From: Macrostomum hystrix
Lineage: Eukaryota; Animalia; Platyhelminthes
Length of the DNA stretch: 64,000 nucleotides
Direction of reading: 5' to 3'
NCBI GenBank assembly: GCA_950097015.1
Contig: CATNEN010000007.1
Coordinates: 11,036,001-11,100,000 of the forward strand
A model generated the notes under the pieces. It had not been told where the DNA came from, did no database searches, and saw nothing but the letters and a program-made list of their open reading frames with translations. Both the position numbers and the translations under genes were made by a program. Position 1 is the stretch's first letter. Each line of letters begins with the position of its first letter. Below, piece by piece: positions 48,011-61,900 of this stretch.

Positions 48011-51000
48011 GCCTTCCAATTATTGGTCACCAGTGTCTCTTTATTTTTTTTCTCTCTGTTTGTTTATACTCGCGCGCCCTCTTATTTCCTTACCTATTGC
48101 ACTTTCTCCTCTCTTCTCCCTCTATCTGATCAACTACTTAGCTAACCTTCACTTCTCTCCCCTCCCCTTGTCTCTGATTGGCTAGCCTCTCTTTCCTCAC
48201 CCCTTTTCAGCTCTTACCAACTAGCTTGTCTTCTCTCATTTTACCCTTCAGTCTGCTCCATATCTCTTAGTCAAACTATGTAAGGCTTACTTACCCATCT
48301 TACCAAACATTACCCAAATTTTAGAAACCATAAGTCTTAACCTAAAACTTTAGGCTGTCAACATGAAATTAAACTATTTAAACAAAAATAGTTCTATTCA
48401 GTCAATCAAAATCTAGTCAGGCAAAATCAATCACTGCAATTCCTATTTTCTTTGGACTGAATCACAAAATCTAGTCACACAATATCAGAACCAGCTTGGC
48501 CAACCTTAATTCTTGCCTACTAGAGATTAAAGAAAACTGTTTGTAAACATTTTTAATAATTCAATTCTATTTGACCCAAGATAAAAAAATGTATAACTAT
48601 ACAGCTATATCAATTTGTCATTTATCGTTACAGAGCTTTTTGACAATATATGCATATGATTCAAACTTTTGCTTCCAGAATTAAGTTCCCATATCTTGAT
48701 TTTTACCCACTCAGACAGTTCACAAATCTTATACACCTCACACTAAAGTTCTATATTAACTTAAAGCCCACAAGATTCCAAGGCTGCCTGCTGCATAGGC
48801 CTCCACCTATCTAAAATATACCATACTTGATCTTTCCAACAATGGGCTAGATTTTCATGCCTATTAAAGTATGCTTAAACCTTTAGTGCTAGTTATAAAA
48901 GTTAGAGACTTAGTAATAGGTTATAAAAATGATATTCTGCATTTGACTATATAGATAATAAAAATTAACCAAGATAAAAATGAAAATGATGGATATAAAT
49001 ATGAATAGGTCCATAAAGCAACAAAGCACAGATATTCAATTGAAGAAAAGTCAGTGAACTCCTCTTAAACAGAGGATAAAATGGGTGAAGTAATTCACTT
49101 TAATTAATGACTGTTCATACACCCATGACCCACAAAAGTTTTGGCAAAGCTTCTACCCATTCAAGTATATCATGTAGGCCTAATAGACAAAAATAGTTTT
49201 TTTCTGGTATTAAATATCTTGGACCATGTCTTGTGTCATTGTCTACAAAGAGACATCAAACTGACTGACATATCTCCAATGATATATCAAATTGATGTCA
49301 TTTAGGGAATTTAACAATTTTTGCCTATTTATTCATGCATTGTTAATTAGACCTTGGGCCAGCTATTCTCTGGTAATAGATATCAAAGGCTTTAATAGTT
49401 TCCCTATTATCTTGTGGTAGTAGCTTAATTATCCTCTATAGTTGGGTGATACTACAGAATACATAGTATACATATACCCATTCCAACTACAATTAAACAT
49501 GAAGTGGACATTTTTAACTTCTAACATGGTACTAACACTGCTGTGCTAATCTGCCAAATCGGCTGGCAACCTTAGCTAGGTGCAAGCGTAGGAGGCAGAG
49601 AGTGTGCAGCCATTTTGTCATTACCCACTTGGTGCAGCGTTACCATGTGCTAATGAGCTACCACTAATGAGCAACACAGTGGAACCACAGGTTATATGAT
49701 CCAATCACCGCCTACTCTACTGTGACCTGCAGCTTTCTAACCTGCTTAAAAGGACACTGATGCACCCCACAAAGTAGATATATTTGTGCCCTGCAGGATC
49801 TGGTTAGGCGCAGCATCTTTGCTTATGCTTTTGCAGTGGCCCTGGGGTCTACACAGGTGGCAGACTACAATTCAAAGGAAATGCTATATCTTCCTGCTGC
49901 CAAGAATCTGCCACTGAAGGAGCCTGCATCACAGTAGCTACTAGTTTAGGCAAGCAAACCTAAGGGCAGTGAGGCCTGGTATACAGTTGAAGGACTATGA
50001 TACACCAGGTGCCCGATTTCCAACACTGAGAAGGCACTGGCCGACATCTATGAGAAGTGGCAGCAGGCTGCTGTGGACAATGCCAATTGCGCAGTTGCAT
50101 CAGTGGGTCTTGATTGGCAAAACCAAGTCATCTCACCAGACATTAATGCCAGCTGGTCATAAGAAGAAGGTGGCCCTAAACCTGGCTGGTGACTGCAGAG
50201 GAGTGCAGAAATATGCTGCGCAGTTTCTTCACCACCATTGTCAATGCACCATTGTTGTCACTGCCTGTTGACTTATCACTTCCCCTAGGGTAGCAAAGGA
50301 GGAGGATTTTGACATCTGTCCTTCCACTTGCAGCTTTTCCAAGTGGTTGTTGAGACTATGCTGCACTATAATGCAAAGACCTAGACTCAAAGCTCAAGGT
50401 GCAGCTCAATGCAACACATGTAGCTCTACTTCATACTAGGGCCTACATTGGGCACCCACCATGACTCAGGAAGCAAGACAACCAACTCCATGTATAAGCA
50501 AGTGACTGATGTAGTCTCCTGACCTGCTGAGACAGTGGCACCAGTAGCTGGCTGGGCATATGATCAGGGCTAAAGCCTATTGCCCTGAGATGCTATAGCC
50601 TATAGGATGTGCTTCTATGGACTCTGCAGGGACTGCATAGGCGCAGACAGGGATGATTGGCCCATTACATTGACCTGCTCTTCTCCAACGCATGCACACT
50701 GAGCCAGGCTGACAGAGTGAAACATGTCCACAAACCCTTAATTGCTTGTTTTGATGCTTCCCCCCTTTTTAGGCCACTGTGTGGCTGTCAGGTTGAGTTT
50801 TATTATTATTTATTATATGGCACTTATTGCACGATCTATTCTCATAGGAAATTCTTGGTCTTAAAGTTTACTAAGAATTAAGTAGCTTGCAAACTATACC
50901 TATAGGTCATACTCAGGACCATGCTGAGGGTCAGCATGAGGGTCTGGTTGTAAAACTAGAAACCAGAACCAGAAAGAACTGACTGGTAAGAAAATGCATA

Positions 51001-52914
51001 GAATCCAGTTAAAGATGCAGAATAACAGGCAGTTTAAGATGCAGAATAATATGCAGAGAAAGTCACATAAATTTACCAAATTGACTAAAAAACACAACAT
51101 TTATCCAGTGCCCAATGGGTCCAGTTATACTTTGTTAGGCCTATCTTAGTGCTTCAATTGTTCAAAGATTGAGTATATGTAAATATATGTCAATACTAGG
51201 CCTAGCATAAGTGACCAGACTAAAGATTGAAGGCAAGATATAGTTAATTATTAAAATAAGCAATATTACTAAAATTATCTCTCAAACTATGACATAGGAC
51301 CACTGGACCAGTAGTAGGCGAGGCATGGCCTATGTAGATGTAGGAAGGGCCTAGCAGTCTTAGAAGCCTTATTAGCTGAGACTGATAATGTAGACTAAGC
51401 AAAAGTAAATCCAATGAAGGCCCAACTGAGAATTTACCATTTAGTAATGATTTAATAGCTAGTCCATTGATATTGATTAACAGTCTATATTGCCTAGCTA
51501 CTCCAGTGCTCTTGACAGTAACCGACGTTCATAGAAACATCGGAAAAATAACAAGTAAAACAAATATATAATAGTTAATAAAAAGCATAAAGCTTCTTGC
51601 ACTTTCTTCTTTCTCACAGTTATAAAAAGTCTTTCAAAAAATGTAAAAATATTTAGTTTTTTCGTTATGCAAAGTTTTTGTCATAATATTCGCATATTTT
51701 CGAATTAAAAGAAACTTTTACTTTAAAATTTATTTAATATTGAAAGTTAAAATTTTTCGTTTAGTTTATTCTGATGAATTTATTTGTAACTATTAAATGT
51801 ATAAAACTATAATTTTCTAAACTGACTACTTGTATGCGACAAATATTACTACTTCAGTTTATATTGATTTGTATGCATGCAATATATAATTATTTAAATA
51901 AGCAATATTACTAAGATTATCTCTCAAACTAAGGCTCCCAAGCCACAGCATCTTTGTATTGATATGATTTATGTAAAAATATTGTTTATTTGTATATAAT
52001 CTTTATATTCAGGTTATGATTAGTATGCATTAGTTGCATCAAGGATCTGAAAAATAATACCTCAAACATTTTGTCCTGATTTTTATACCTATAATTCTGC
52101 AAACACCCATTGACTTAAAAGACTATTTTTTACTATTGCTTTTGTCTCACTGCCTTTTTGTGACCAATTTCAGTGTTAAACTTGATGCTGTGCCACATAG
52201 GCCCCAAAGGCAAACAATTTAATCAACTATGACAAATAGTTACAAAGTCCTTCAACTCCTTCCCTATTTGAACATTACTAGTCAGTGTCAGTTCTTTTGG
52301 GCCAGAAAATATTTGCAGAAACCATTATTTTATGGATTTTTTGCTGGTTGCAGCCTGGGCCTTGGCCTTCGAAATATTTTTTATCAGTGTAACTTTATCT
52401 TCATGCTCATTGTTTGAAATCAGCTGCTTTTTGCTTAAAATATTATATTTTATTTTTACAAGAAACCTGAACAAAATGTAAAAGTAGCAAGAGCTATGTT
52501 AAAAGTTAATAGAATTTTGGAACACCCTTATAGACTATATATATAACAAAACCAGTAATAGTTTTTTGGAAATTTCATTTAATTAATATAATCATCTTGA
52601 ATATATACATACAGACTGCAGTAATTTTCTGGTTCAGGTCAATAGCTTTATAGCTTGATCTTGTGACCATAACTAGAATTGTAAAAGTCAATTATATAAC
52701 TTAAGCCTAAAATTCCTAAAAATAATATCATTTCTATGAGAACAAATATTTGTAAAAAGAAAACAAGTGCTAGAGAAAGGCTATGCCTCTTTAGCAATGC
52801 ATGGTTCCTGTAAACATGAAAAAGTTATGCACATGCTTAGCTAAAAGTTTCCATTGCCCTTACATTTAATTCTCAAATAATTTTTTTAAATTCATGCACT
52901 TTGTATTTCAGCCT

Positions 52915-55900
52915 ATGATGGCATCACAGCTTGTTGTTCAGACTAAGTTCTGTCAGGCTTCAGATGACATCAACTTAGTAAGCTGTTTTTGTCTTGTCTG
53001 AAATCTGAACTCAATCTAAACTGAATGAATAGAAACAATTTTGACTTCCCACTCAGTCTCAACCAATCAAGTCCCTTTCAACTTGAGTGGCCACACCCAC
53101 TGGTCCAACCAAATGCAAGTCTCTAACATTTGCTCAATCGCAGGTGATCCGGCGCATTCACGAGAAGTGCCGCGCCGTGCTGGCCACAATTGCCTATCTG
53201 CGCCGGATCTTCCTTCGCAAGGAAGCGCTCTCGCAGCTGGAGGCGCTGCAGTTTCTGCTGCTTGGCCAGCACCAGGAAATCATTCACGCCGTGAATGCAG
53301 TCTGCCACGAACTGCTGCAGAAGTGAGGCCTTCTCTGGAATTAGTCTATGAGAAAAGCAGATCAGTAGTAATCATTTTCAGTTGTAAATATCGAATATTC
53401 ATGCGACTTAATAAAGTTGGACAATCGATCGCGCCCGCAGGCAGCGGCAGGAGTTTAGCAGTCTGCTGTCGGCAGCCAACGGCACACTGGCCGTGCTGTG
53501 CTGCTGGTTGGACAAGGCCCTGATGTCATCAGATGCATTCAATCACATTGCTGGTAATGGACTGATTAGCGGCTACCAGGCCAAAATTGAGGTGAGCGAC
53601 GGCCCGCAGTTTTTACTGCTCACCCAGCAGAGAAATTAATTGTGCTGCCGAAGGCTGGGTACAGAAGCAACAATAATCTAAGGTTACCGTAGTAACAGCC
53701 CCTGAACTGTGTCGGGGGAAGTGACAGGCTACTGAACTGTGTCGGGGGAAGTGACAGGCTACCGAACTGTGTCGGGGGAAGTGACAGGCTACCGAACTGT
53801 GTCGGGGGAAGTGACAGGCTACCGAACTGTGTCGGGGGAAGTGACAGGCTACCGAACTGTGTCGGGGGAAGTGACAGGCTACCGAACTGTGTCGGGGGAA
53901 GTTACAGGCTACTGAACTGTGTCGGGGGAAGTGACAGGCTACTGAACTGTGTCGGGGGAAGTGACAGGCTACCGAACTGTGTCGGGGGAAGTGACAGGCT
54001 ACTGAACTGTGTCGGGGGAAGTGACAGGCTACTGAACTGTGTCGGGGGAAGTGACAGGCTACCGAACTGTGTCGGGGGAAGTGACAGGCTACCGAACTGT
54101 GTCGGGGGAAGTGACAGGCTACTGAACTGTGTCGGGGGAAGTGACAGGCTACCGAACTGTGTCGGGGGAAGTGACAGGCTACTGAACTGTGTCGTGGGAA
54201 GTGACAGGCTAACGAACTGTGTCGGGGGAAGTGACAGGCTACTGAACTGTGTCGGGGGAAGTGACAGGCTACCGAACTGTGTCGGGGGAAATGACAGGCT
54301 ACCGAACTGTGTCGGGGGAAGTGACAGGCTACCGAACTGTGTCGGGGGAAGTGACAGGCTACTGAACTGTGTCGGGGGAAGTGACAGGCTACCGAACTGT
54401 GTCGGGGGAAGTGACAGGCTACTGAACTGTGTCGGGGGAAGTGACAGGCTACCGAACTGTGTCGGGGGAAGTGACAGGCTACTGAACTGTGTCGTGGGAA
54501 GTGACAGGCTAACGAACTGTGTCGGGGGAAGTGACAGGCTACTGAACTGTGTCGGTGGAAGTGACAGGCTACCGAACTGTGTCGGGGGAAATGACTGGCT
54601 ACCGAACTGTGTCGGGGGAAGTGACAGGCTACTGAACTGTGTCGGGGGAAGTGACAGGCTACCGAACTGTGTCGGGGGAAGTGACAGGCTACTGAACTGT
54701 GTCGTGGGAAGTGACAGGCTACCGAACTGTGTCGGGGGAAATGACAGGCTACCGAACTGTGTCGGGGGAAGTGACAGGCTACCGAACTGTGTCGGGGGAA
54801 GTGACAGGCTACTGAACTGTGTCGGGGGAAGTGACAGGCTACCGAACTGTGTCGGGGGAAGTGACAGGCTACTGAACTGTGTCGTGGGAAGTGACAGGCT
54901 ACCGAACTGTGTCGGGGGAAGTGACAGGCTACTGAACTGTGTCGTGGGAAGTGACAGGCTACTGAACTGTGTCAGGGGGTAGTGAAAGGCTACCGAACTG
55001 TGTCGGGGGAAGTGACAGGCTACCGAACTGTGTCGGGGGAAGTGACAGGCTACCGAACTGTGTCGGGGGAAGTGACAGGCTACTGAACTGTGTCGTGGGA
55101 AGTGACAGGCTACTGAACTGTGTCGGGGGAAGTGACAGGCTACTGAACTGTGTCGGGGGAAGTGACAGGCTACTGAACTGTGTCGGGGGAAGTGACAGGC
55201 TACCGAACTGTGTCGGGGGAAGTGACAGGCTACCGAACTGTGTCGGGGGAAGTGACAGGCTACTGAACTGTGTCGTGGGAAGTGACAGGCTACTGAACTG
55301 TGTCGTGGGAAGTGACAGGCTACCGAACTGTGTCGGGGGAAGTGACAGGCTACTTACTGAACTGTGTCGTGGGAAGTGACAGGCTACTGAACTGTGTCAG
55401 GGGGTAGTGACAGGCTTTGACTGGGAGGCTATCGAGTCAGCAGTTTTTCAAGGCTGAAAAGCATTTCCATTTTAGGCGCAGAATTTGTTTAAACTAATTT
55501 TCATATCGCGCCGAACTTCCACGGTGAGGGAATCGGCCCCGCCTCCGCTCTCGAGGCACGCGTGCAAAGGCCTGAGTGGCTGGGTCCAGGTGTCCTCCTC
55601 CCTGGGAAAGGCCGGGCAGCACTGCACTCACACTTGAAGCCAGTGACGCATTCTAGCCCGTGTCCATTGCATTGTTTTAAGACCTCTTGGCTCGACCTCC
55701 TACACCCATTGGCTGGGGGTGGTGCTTCTCGAACTGTACGCGCCCAGCCCTCCTCCGCTCGGCCTGTGGCTGGCAGAGCTGTCAGTGTTTGTGCAACCCC
55801 CCCTGGAATGCAGCTGCGGCCCAACAGATTTTAAGCAATTTGCGGCAAAGCCTGTTTGCCAGCCCTCAAGACACCGCATGCCAATCACTGCGTCTCCGAG

Positions 55901-58900
55901 TATCGGTATTCTCTGAATCCGTTCTCCCCCAGAAGACTATCTCGGATCGGGATTCTGGATTCGGGATTTGAGAGGCCTGTAAGTGCTCTGCTCAGTTAGT
56001 TTAGTACGCTGTTGCTGTGATTCGTGTGTCTGTTTAATTTGCTGGATGATTCACCTCGTTTTGGTGCCCGTGAATTCGGTGTGGCTTTCAGTCCTCCATC
56101 TGCAGGTTTTTCTGTGTTGCTTTGCCTAGGAGATTGACAGAATCGCTTCGTGAATTCTAATTGCGTTTTGTGCTTCTCAATCACATTAGTGTAAATGGCA
56201 GCGCCTCGCTCACGCTTATCAGTTCGCATATCTGCACCTTGGCTGCCCCACCCTCACCCACAGCTCTCAATCACATTGTTTACAGCTGCAGCTAACAACT
56301 GGCCGAACAGGTGAAACCGATTTAGGGTTATGCAATAGCGATTGCGTCTGCTGCTCAGTGCACTGCATGCCTTACCGACTCAGTAAATCAGCCTTCAAAA
56401 TCAATACGATTTTAACTTGATTCGTTCTTTTAATTACTAGTCACAGCGTTTGTGTATACTCAAGACATCTCAACCCTGCTCATTGGGGTGGAGATTTGAT
56501 TTGCTCAGCGGTGTGAGCCACTCTCACTGCTGTGCTCAGCGGTGTGAGCCACTCTCACTGCTGTGCTCAGCGGTGTGAGCCACTCTCACTGCTGTGCTTA
56601 GCGGTATGAGCCACTCTCACTGCTGTGCTTAGCGGTGTGAGCCACTCTCACTGCTGTGCTTAGCGGTATGAGCCACTCTCACTGCTGTGCTCAGCGGTGT
56701 GAGCCACTCTCACTGCTGTGCTTAGCGGTATGAGCCACTCCCACTGCTGTGCTCAGCGGTGTGAGCCACTCCCACTGCTGTGCTTAGCGGTATGAGCCAC
56801 TCCCACTGCTGTGCTCAGCGGTGTGAGCCACTCTCACTGCTGTGCTTAGCGGTATGAGCCACTCTCACTGCTGTGCTCAGCGGTGTGAGCCACTCTCACT
56901 GCTGTGCTCAGCGGTGTGAGCCACTCTCACTGCTGTGCTTAGCGGTATGAGCCACTCCCACTGCTGTGCTCAGCGGTGTGAGCCACTCTCACTGCTGTAC
57001 TCAGCGGTGTGAGCCACTCTCACTGCTGTGCTTAGCGGTATGAGCCACTCTCACTGCTGTGCTCAGCGGTGTGAGCCACTCTCACTGCTGTGCTCAGCGG
57101 TGTGAGCCACTCTCACTGCTGTACTCCGCGGCATGGGCCACTCCCACTGCTGTGATCAGCGGCATTGGCCACTCCCACTGCTGTGCTCAGCGGTATTGGC
57201 CACTCCCACTAGCGGTAGGAGCCATGAATGTGCCAATGCTGGGGATTCGAGCTCATGACAATGCAGGGCACTGCTGGCTAGTTAATGTTTCAATAATTAA
57301 TGTAATTTTGTCCGATTCTGCATTAATTTTAAGCTTTTTGATGAAAAAAGCTGATATTTAAGTGGTGTGTTGGTGCATTTTTCAGCTGCAAATCGAACGG
57401 CTTCCACCTTTAGATACTAACTATCGGTGGCTTAATAGCTAATCTAGTTTGCAAACTGTTAAAAAGTAGGCCAGAGCCTCAGACACAGCGCCTGCAAGTA
57501 GGCATTTCAAAGAAACCGCGCTGCATTCGCTGCTACTGTTAAAAGCAAAAGTCAGTGTCTGTTGCGTGTCCGGTGCTTGCAATAATTCTGCGTGCTTATC
57601 CGTATCTGTGCATCACAAACTGGAAACAATTGGCCCCACCCAGCCCAGCAGCTGCTGCTGCTGCTGTTGCTGCACAGTTGGCTGCCCTTCCCCTGCCCAA
57701 TGCGCACTCTCCAAATCTGAGGGAGGCAGAGGCGGGCCCCGCACAGTGCGAATAGAAATGCTGTCGCTATTCGATTCCTGGCTCCGCTGCCCAACTGTGC
57801 CGCAACTCGCTGCCACCGCCATTCGCCTCCACCGCATTTCAGGCTCTGATTGCCACCTGCCAAGGCCTGCCAATGGACTCCCTGGACTGGTGAGCTGAAA
57901 TCTGACCTGCCTGCAGGGGTGGGGTGTCTGGGCTGGCTGGCCTGGTAAACAAGCTTGCGAGCTTGTAGGTTTGGAGCTGTGCTTACTGGATTCCGTGTGT
58001 ACAGTTTGTCCTCTGAAGGCTTCACAAGCGGAGCCACCCAGTCCGGGTCCCTCGGTTCCTGCTGGTTCAGCAGCAGCGATCAGAGCGACACGGGAGCGAT
58101 TTCTGAGTGCCACTCGGGGATCGCTACACAATGGGCGCTGCTGCATGGCCCAGTTACTGGCCTCTGTTCCCTCACCTGCGCTCTCCGCACGGACCCAGAT
58201 GACGGACGATGAACGCAGATCTTATGTTTGCCTTCGGTGGCTGTTCAAGGGTCAGCCGTGCTTTTCTCTCATGTTTAAGTGGCCAATTTAAACAAAGGAA
58301 AGATTAAGCTGAAAGCATTTCGCTGTAGATAACCATCCGGGTTGCGGCAGCATCGGGTCCACTATCAGCAGAGAATCACATTTAGCAAGGGTTTCATTTT
58401 CTAAGCACCTGTAGAGTTCCCATTTGACTTACACCCCCCACTGATGCCTGCCGCTCTGAACCCATTCTGCAGCGCCGGCATCTCCACGAGAAACTCGCTG
58501 CCGACTGCCTCGGAGCTGGACCATTGCCTTGACGACGAGAAGATGATGCAGAGCATTCTCACCGTATCGCAACGCCTTAAGTCCCTGCAGGGACCGTCAA
58601 CTGACGAGTCCGGGGTGGTGGGCTTTCTCGCCTCCGGCGGAGCCGACGGCGGCAGCAGCATCGGGTCCGCCGACAGCGTCGCCTCCTCGGTGGAGTCTGG
58701 CGGCTCCGAGGACTCGACTCAGAGCGAGGAAGAGGTCACAGAGGAGCTGGTCAGCGTCAACGGCGTGCTCTACAAACGGAAGGTGCGCAAGCGACGCCGC
58801 CAGAAAGTCGTGCGGACTCGCACTGTCGTCATGTCGTCTGGACCGCCGCTGGCTCTGACTGCCGCCGACTGCCTGGCGCTCGGGCCGCCGCAGCCGCAGC

Positions 58901-61900
58901 TTCCACTGCCGCCGCATCTTCAGCAGCACTTGACAGCGGCAGACGAACCGCCTGCCGGTTGTGGCGGTCGTGACGCCAGCTTCCGGTCTGATGCCACTTC
59001 CGGCTATCATTCCATCGTGTCCGGCGGAAGCGACTTGCCGCCACCGCCGCCGCCGCCGCCTTCTCAGTCTCAGCGGCTGCCCACGCCATTGGACGGACCT
59101 CCGCCACCGAAGCCGCCTCCTCCGCCTGGCAGCGTGTCGGACCCAATGTCTGAGTCGGTCGTGTCGCTGCGTAAGCCCGAGGAGCCCTCGCAGAGACTCG
59201 GTGAGTCTTCAATGCTTAATGATGCCATGTGTTCTGTCCTTCAGTGTAGCCAACCCAGCTGCGCCTTGTTGCCCTGAATTGAGTGATGGCTTGTTGTCGG
59301 CTCAATTCATGCCTGCCTGTCAGTTCCGGGAAAACAGGGCGATGGGATAACCAGCGGCCCATGAGTGATTGCCTCAGCCAGGCCCTGCAAGCTCGGAGAC
59401 TGCGGAGGCTGGGGTGGCAGGTGCGGCTGTCAGCTGTTGCCTGCAGGTGGGTTGGCGGCCTGGGAATTGGAGAATTTTTTTTCTAGGGCTTGAAATCCCC
59501 CGGCGCGCCAATTATTCCATGAATGGGAAATTTTGCGCAGCCGGTGATTCGCTTCCTGTGTAAGGAGCTGCTCATCGTCTACGCTCTCATTTTTACTTCA
59601 TCAGCGGCGTCCAGCCACTCCAGCCTCCTCTCCCTTTCATCTTAGCCCCAGCTGCTGCCGCCGCAGGCGGTCTGCAGGATGCTGGGCCCACCCATTGATG
59701 AGGCCGCAGCTCGGCCGGCATCACCGGAAGTAGCGTTTAATTAGCACCGGAGCTCCCCGCTCTGCCTTGCATTCAGGATGGGCTGGCGGGCTTCCTGCTG
59801 CATTCTTCCCCGTCTCCCAGACTCCTGCCCACTCCTCCCGCCCTCCTCCGCTGTCCCGTTCGCCTTCGGCAGTGGCAATCAGCGCAGGCCCCAGGCCGCA
59901 TCCGCAGCTCCTTCCGCCCCACCGAGCGCAGATAAAGGCGAGCGAGGGGGGCGGAGGATCCGCGGGCCGTCACGCGACTGTCGTAAACAAAGCTGGGGAG
60001 GCGGCAGCGATCGAAAGTTGCCAGGCCGCTGGGATGCCGCAGATCCCAGGGATTCGAGCCGCTACAGATAGCAATTGGAGGGCAAAAGAGTTCTGGAACA
60101 AACCGGCTTGTCTTCCCAGGCAGGGCGCCAAGGGGGCAGAACTATTAGCGCGCAGATGCTGGCCCATTCGTCATTCCCGTATCTGAGGTCCCAGAGCGGG
60201 ATCTGATGGCTGGCTGGCTGCTGGTAGCGACCCACTTTGCGTCTTGGCGTTCAATATCCAAAGAACTCGCCTGGCCTCTTTCACGCTCCAAGGTTCCCGG
60301 TCCCGCGGGTAGTGAAATCAGTGCCGCTGACTCAACAGTTGACTCGCGGCAGCCACGCCGCTGCGTACACTGATTAGTCAGCCCGCCCTTCAACCCCTGG
60401 GCTCTGTGAGGCTACAGAATTTGTCTGAAATCCGGGCCAGCGCCCCGCGCCCTCTCCCCGAGTCTAGAGTCCGCCCGCCTGCGGCTCCGCGCGCGGCCAG
60501 CCCAGCCGCATGAGAGGAGGCAGGCGACACTTCATTAGCGGCCGTGAATTATTATAATCAGCTGCGGCCCGCCGCTCCTCTGCCCCGCTTGACTGAGCGC
60601 AGCAAAGGCGTTCCTGAAACTCAGCATTTTCTAATTCTCTCGGCTCTCATGCCATTTGGCCTAATAATAGGCCTAATGCGCTGCACCAATTCCTGGACTA
60701 CCCTGCCCTGATCGCTTAGGGGAGTCTTGGAACGAATTCTTGAAATCAGCCATCACACTGCAGTGAACCAGTGCTGTCACCCATCACACTGCAGTGAACC
60801 AGTGCTATCACCCATCACACTGCAGTGAACCAGTGCTGTCACCCATCACATTGCAGTGAACCAGTACATGCAGATGCTGGCTGGCTACGATCGCGAGCTG
60901 ACGGACTTCAGCCGGACCTCCATGGACTCCTTCAATCTGTTCCACTCGCGCTGGCACAAGCTGGTGTCCAGCGATGCCCCGCACGAGCGCAGCAAGACCA
61001 TCTCGCTGGTGACGCACGAGTGCCGGCAGCCGCGGGCCGGGCTGATCGTGCACCGCAACACGACCATCAGCCACACAGCCAGGGTGCGCCACGTGCCCGC
61101 GGGCGGAGCGCGTCCGCAGCCGCCTATCCCGATGGCCGACGACGACTACGGAGAAGACGGCGCGACGGCGACGGCGCCTTCGCCAATGGTAGGCGGTGAA
61201 GACTCGCTCTACGAGCAGCTGTCGGCAACGCCGCCAACCACGAAGCCGCTGTCATCAGTGCTGTCTGAGGCTGCTGCGGAAGCTGCTTCAGCGGCTGATG
61301 AGCAGGAAGAACCGCTGGAGGCCTACTTCTACGACCAGCTCGAGGAGTTCCTGGTATGGGATGCGGCTGATCCAGCGGCCGCAGAAGCCGAGGACCGCAT
61401 CCGGGTGCGGGCAGGCCCACTGGATGCCCTGCTGGTTCACGCCTGCTGCCCGCCAACGGAGGGCGCCAGGCAGCACCTGCTGTTCTGTGAGAGTTTTGCC
61501 GCCACCTACCGCTGCTTTGCCAGCTCGCACGAGCTGGTCGGCCGCATCGTGTCTCGGGCCATCTACTTCCTTGCGGCTGGCCGCGACTTGCTGTGGAAGC
61601 CCGCTTTCGCCTTCCTGGTGCGGGTGCTTGAGGAGGTAAGATAGGGCAGCGGCTGCTTTTCTTGAACAAAATTGCAACTAAATCCCTTCATTGCCGCTAT
61701 CAGTAGAGTGTTGCGCATACGTGAGCTTTGCGTCATCAATCTGTTGCCTATCAACAGGTGAGCTCCGAGTGCGACCAAGAGATGCAGGACGACCTTGGCC
61801 TCCTGAAGCAGCGCCTTGTTGGCGAAGGCCGCCTGCCCGAGGCGCAGATCCTGGCCACGGCGCTGGCCGGCGTGCGGCAGCGTCAAGCTGAGGCCGCCGA

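Noticed and set aside
54194-55379. (GGSDRLPNCV)n ORFs
   Set aside because: 30-bp intronic minisatellite with no splice support.
56502-57210. CRISPR array
   Set aside because: No unique spacers, no cas genes, eukaryotic context. The same applies to all other arrays.
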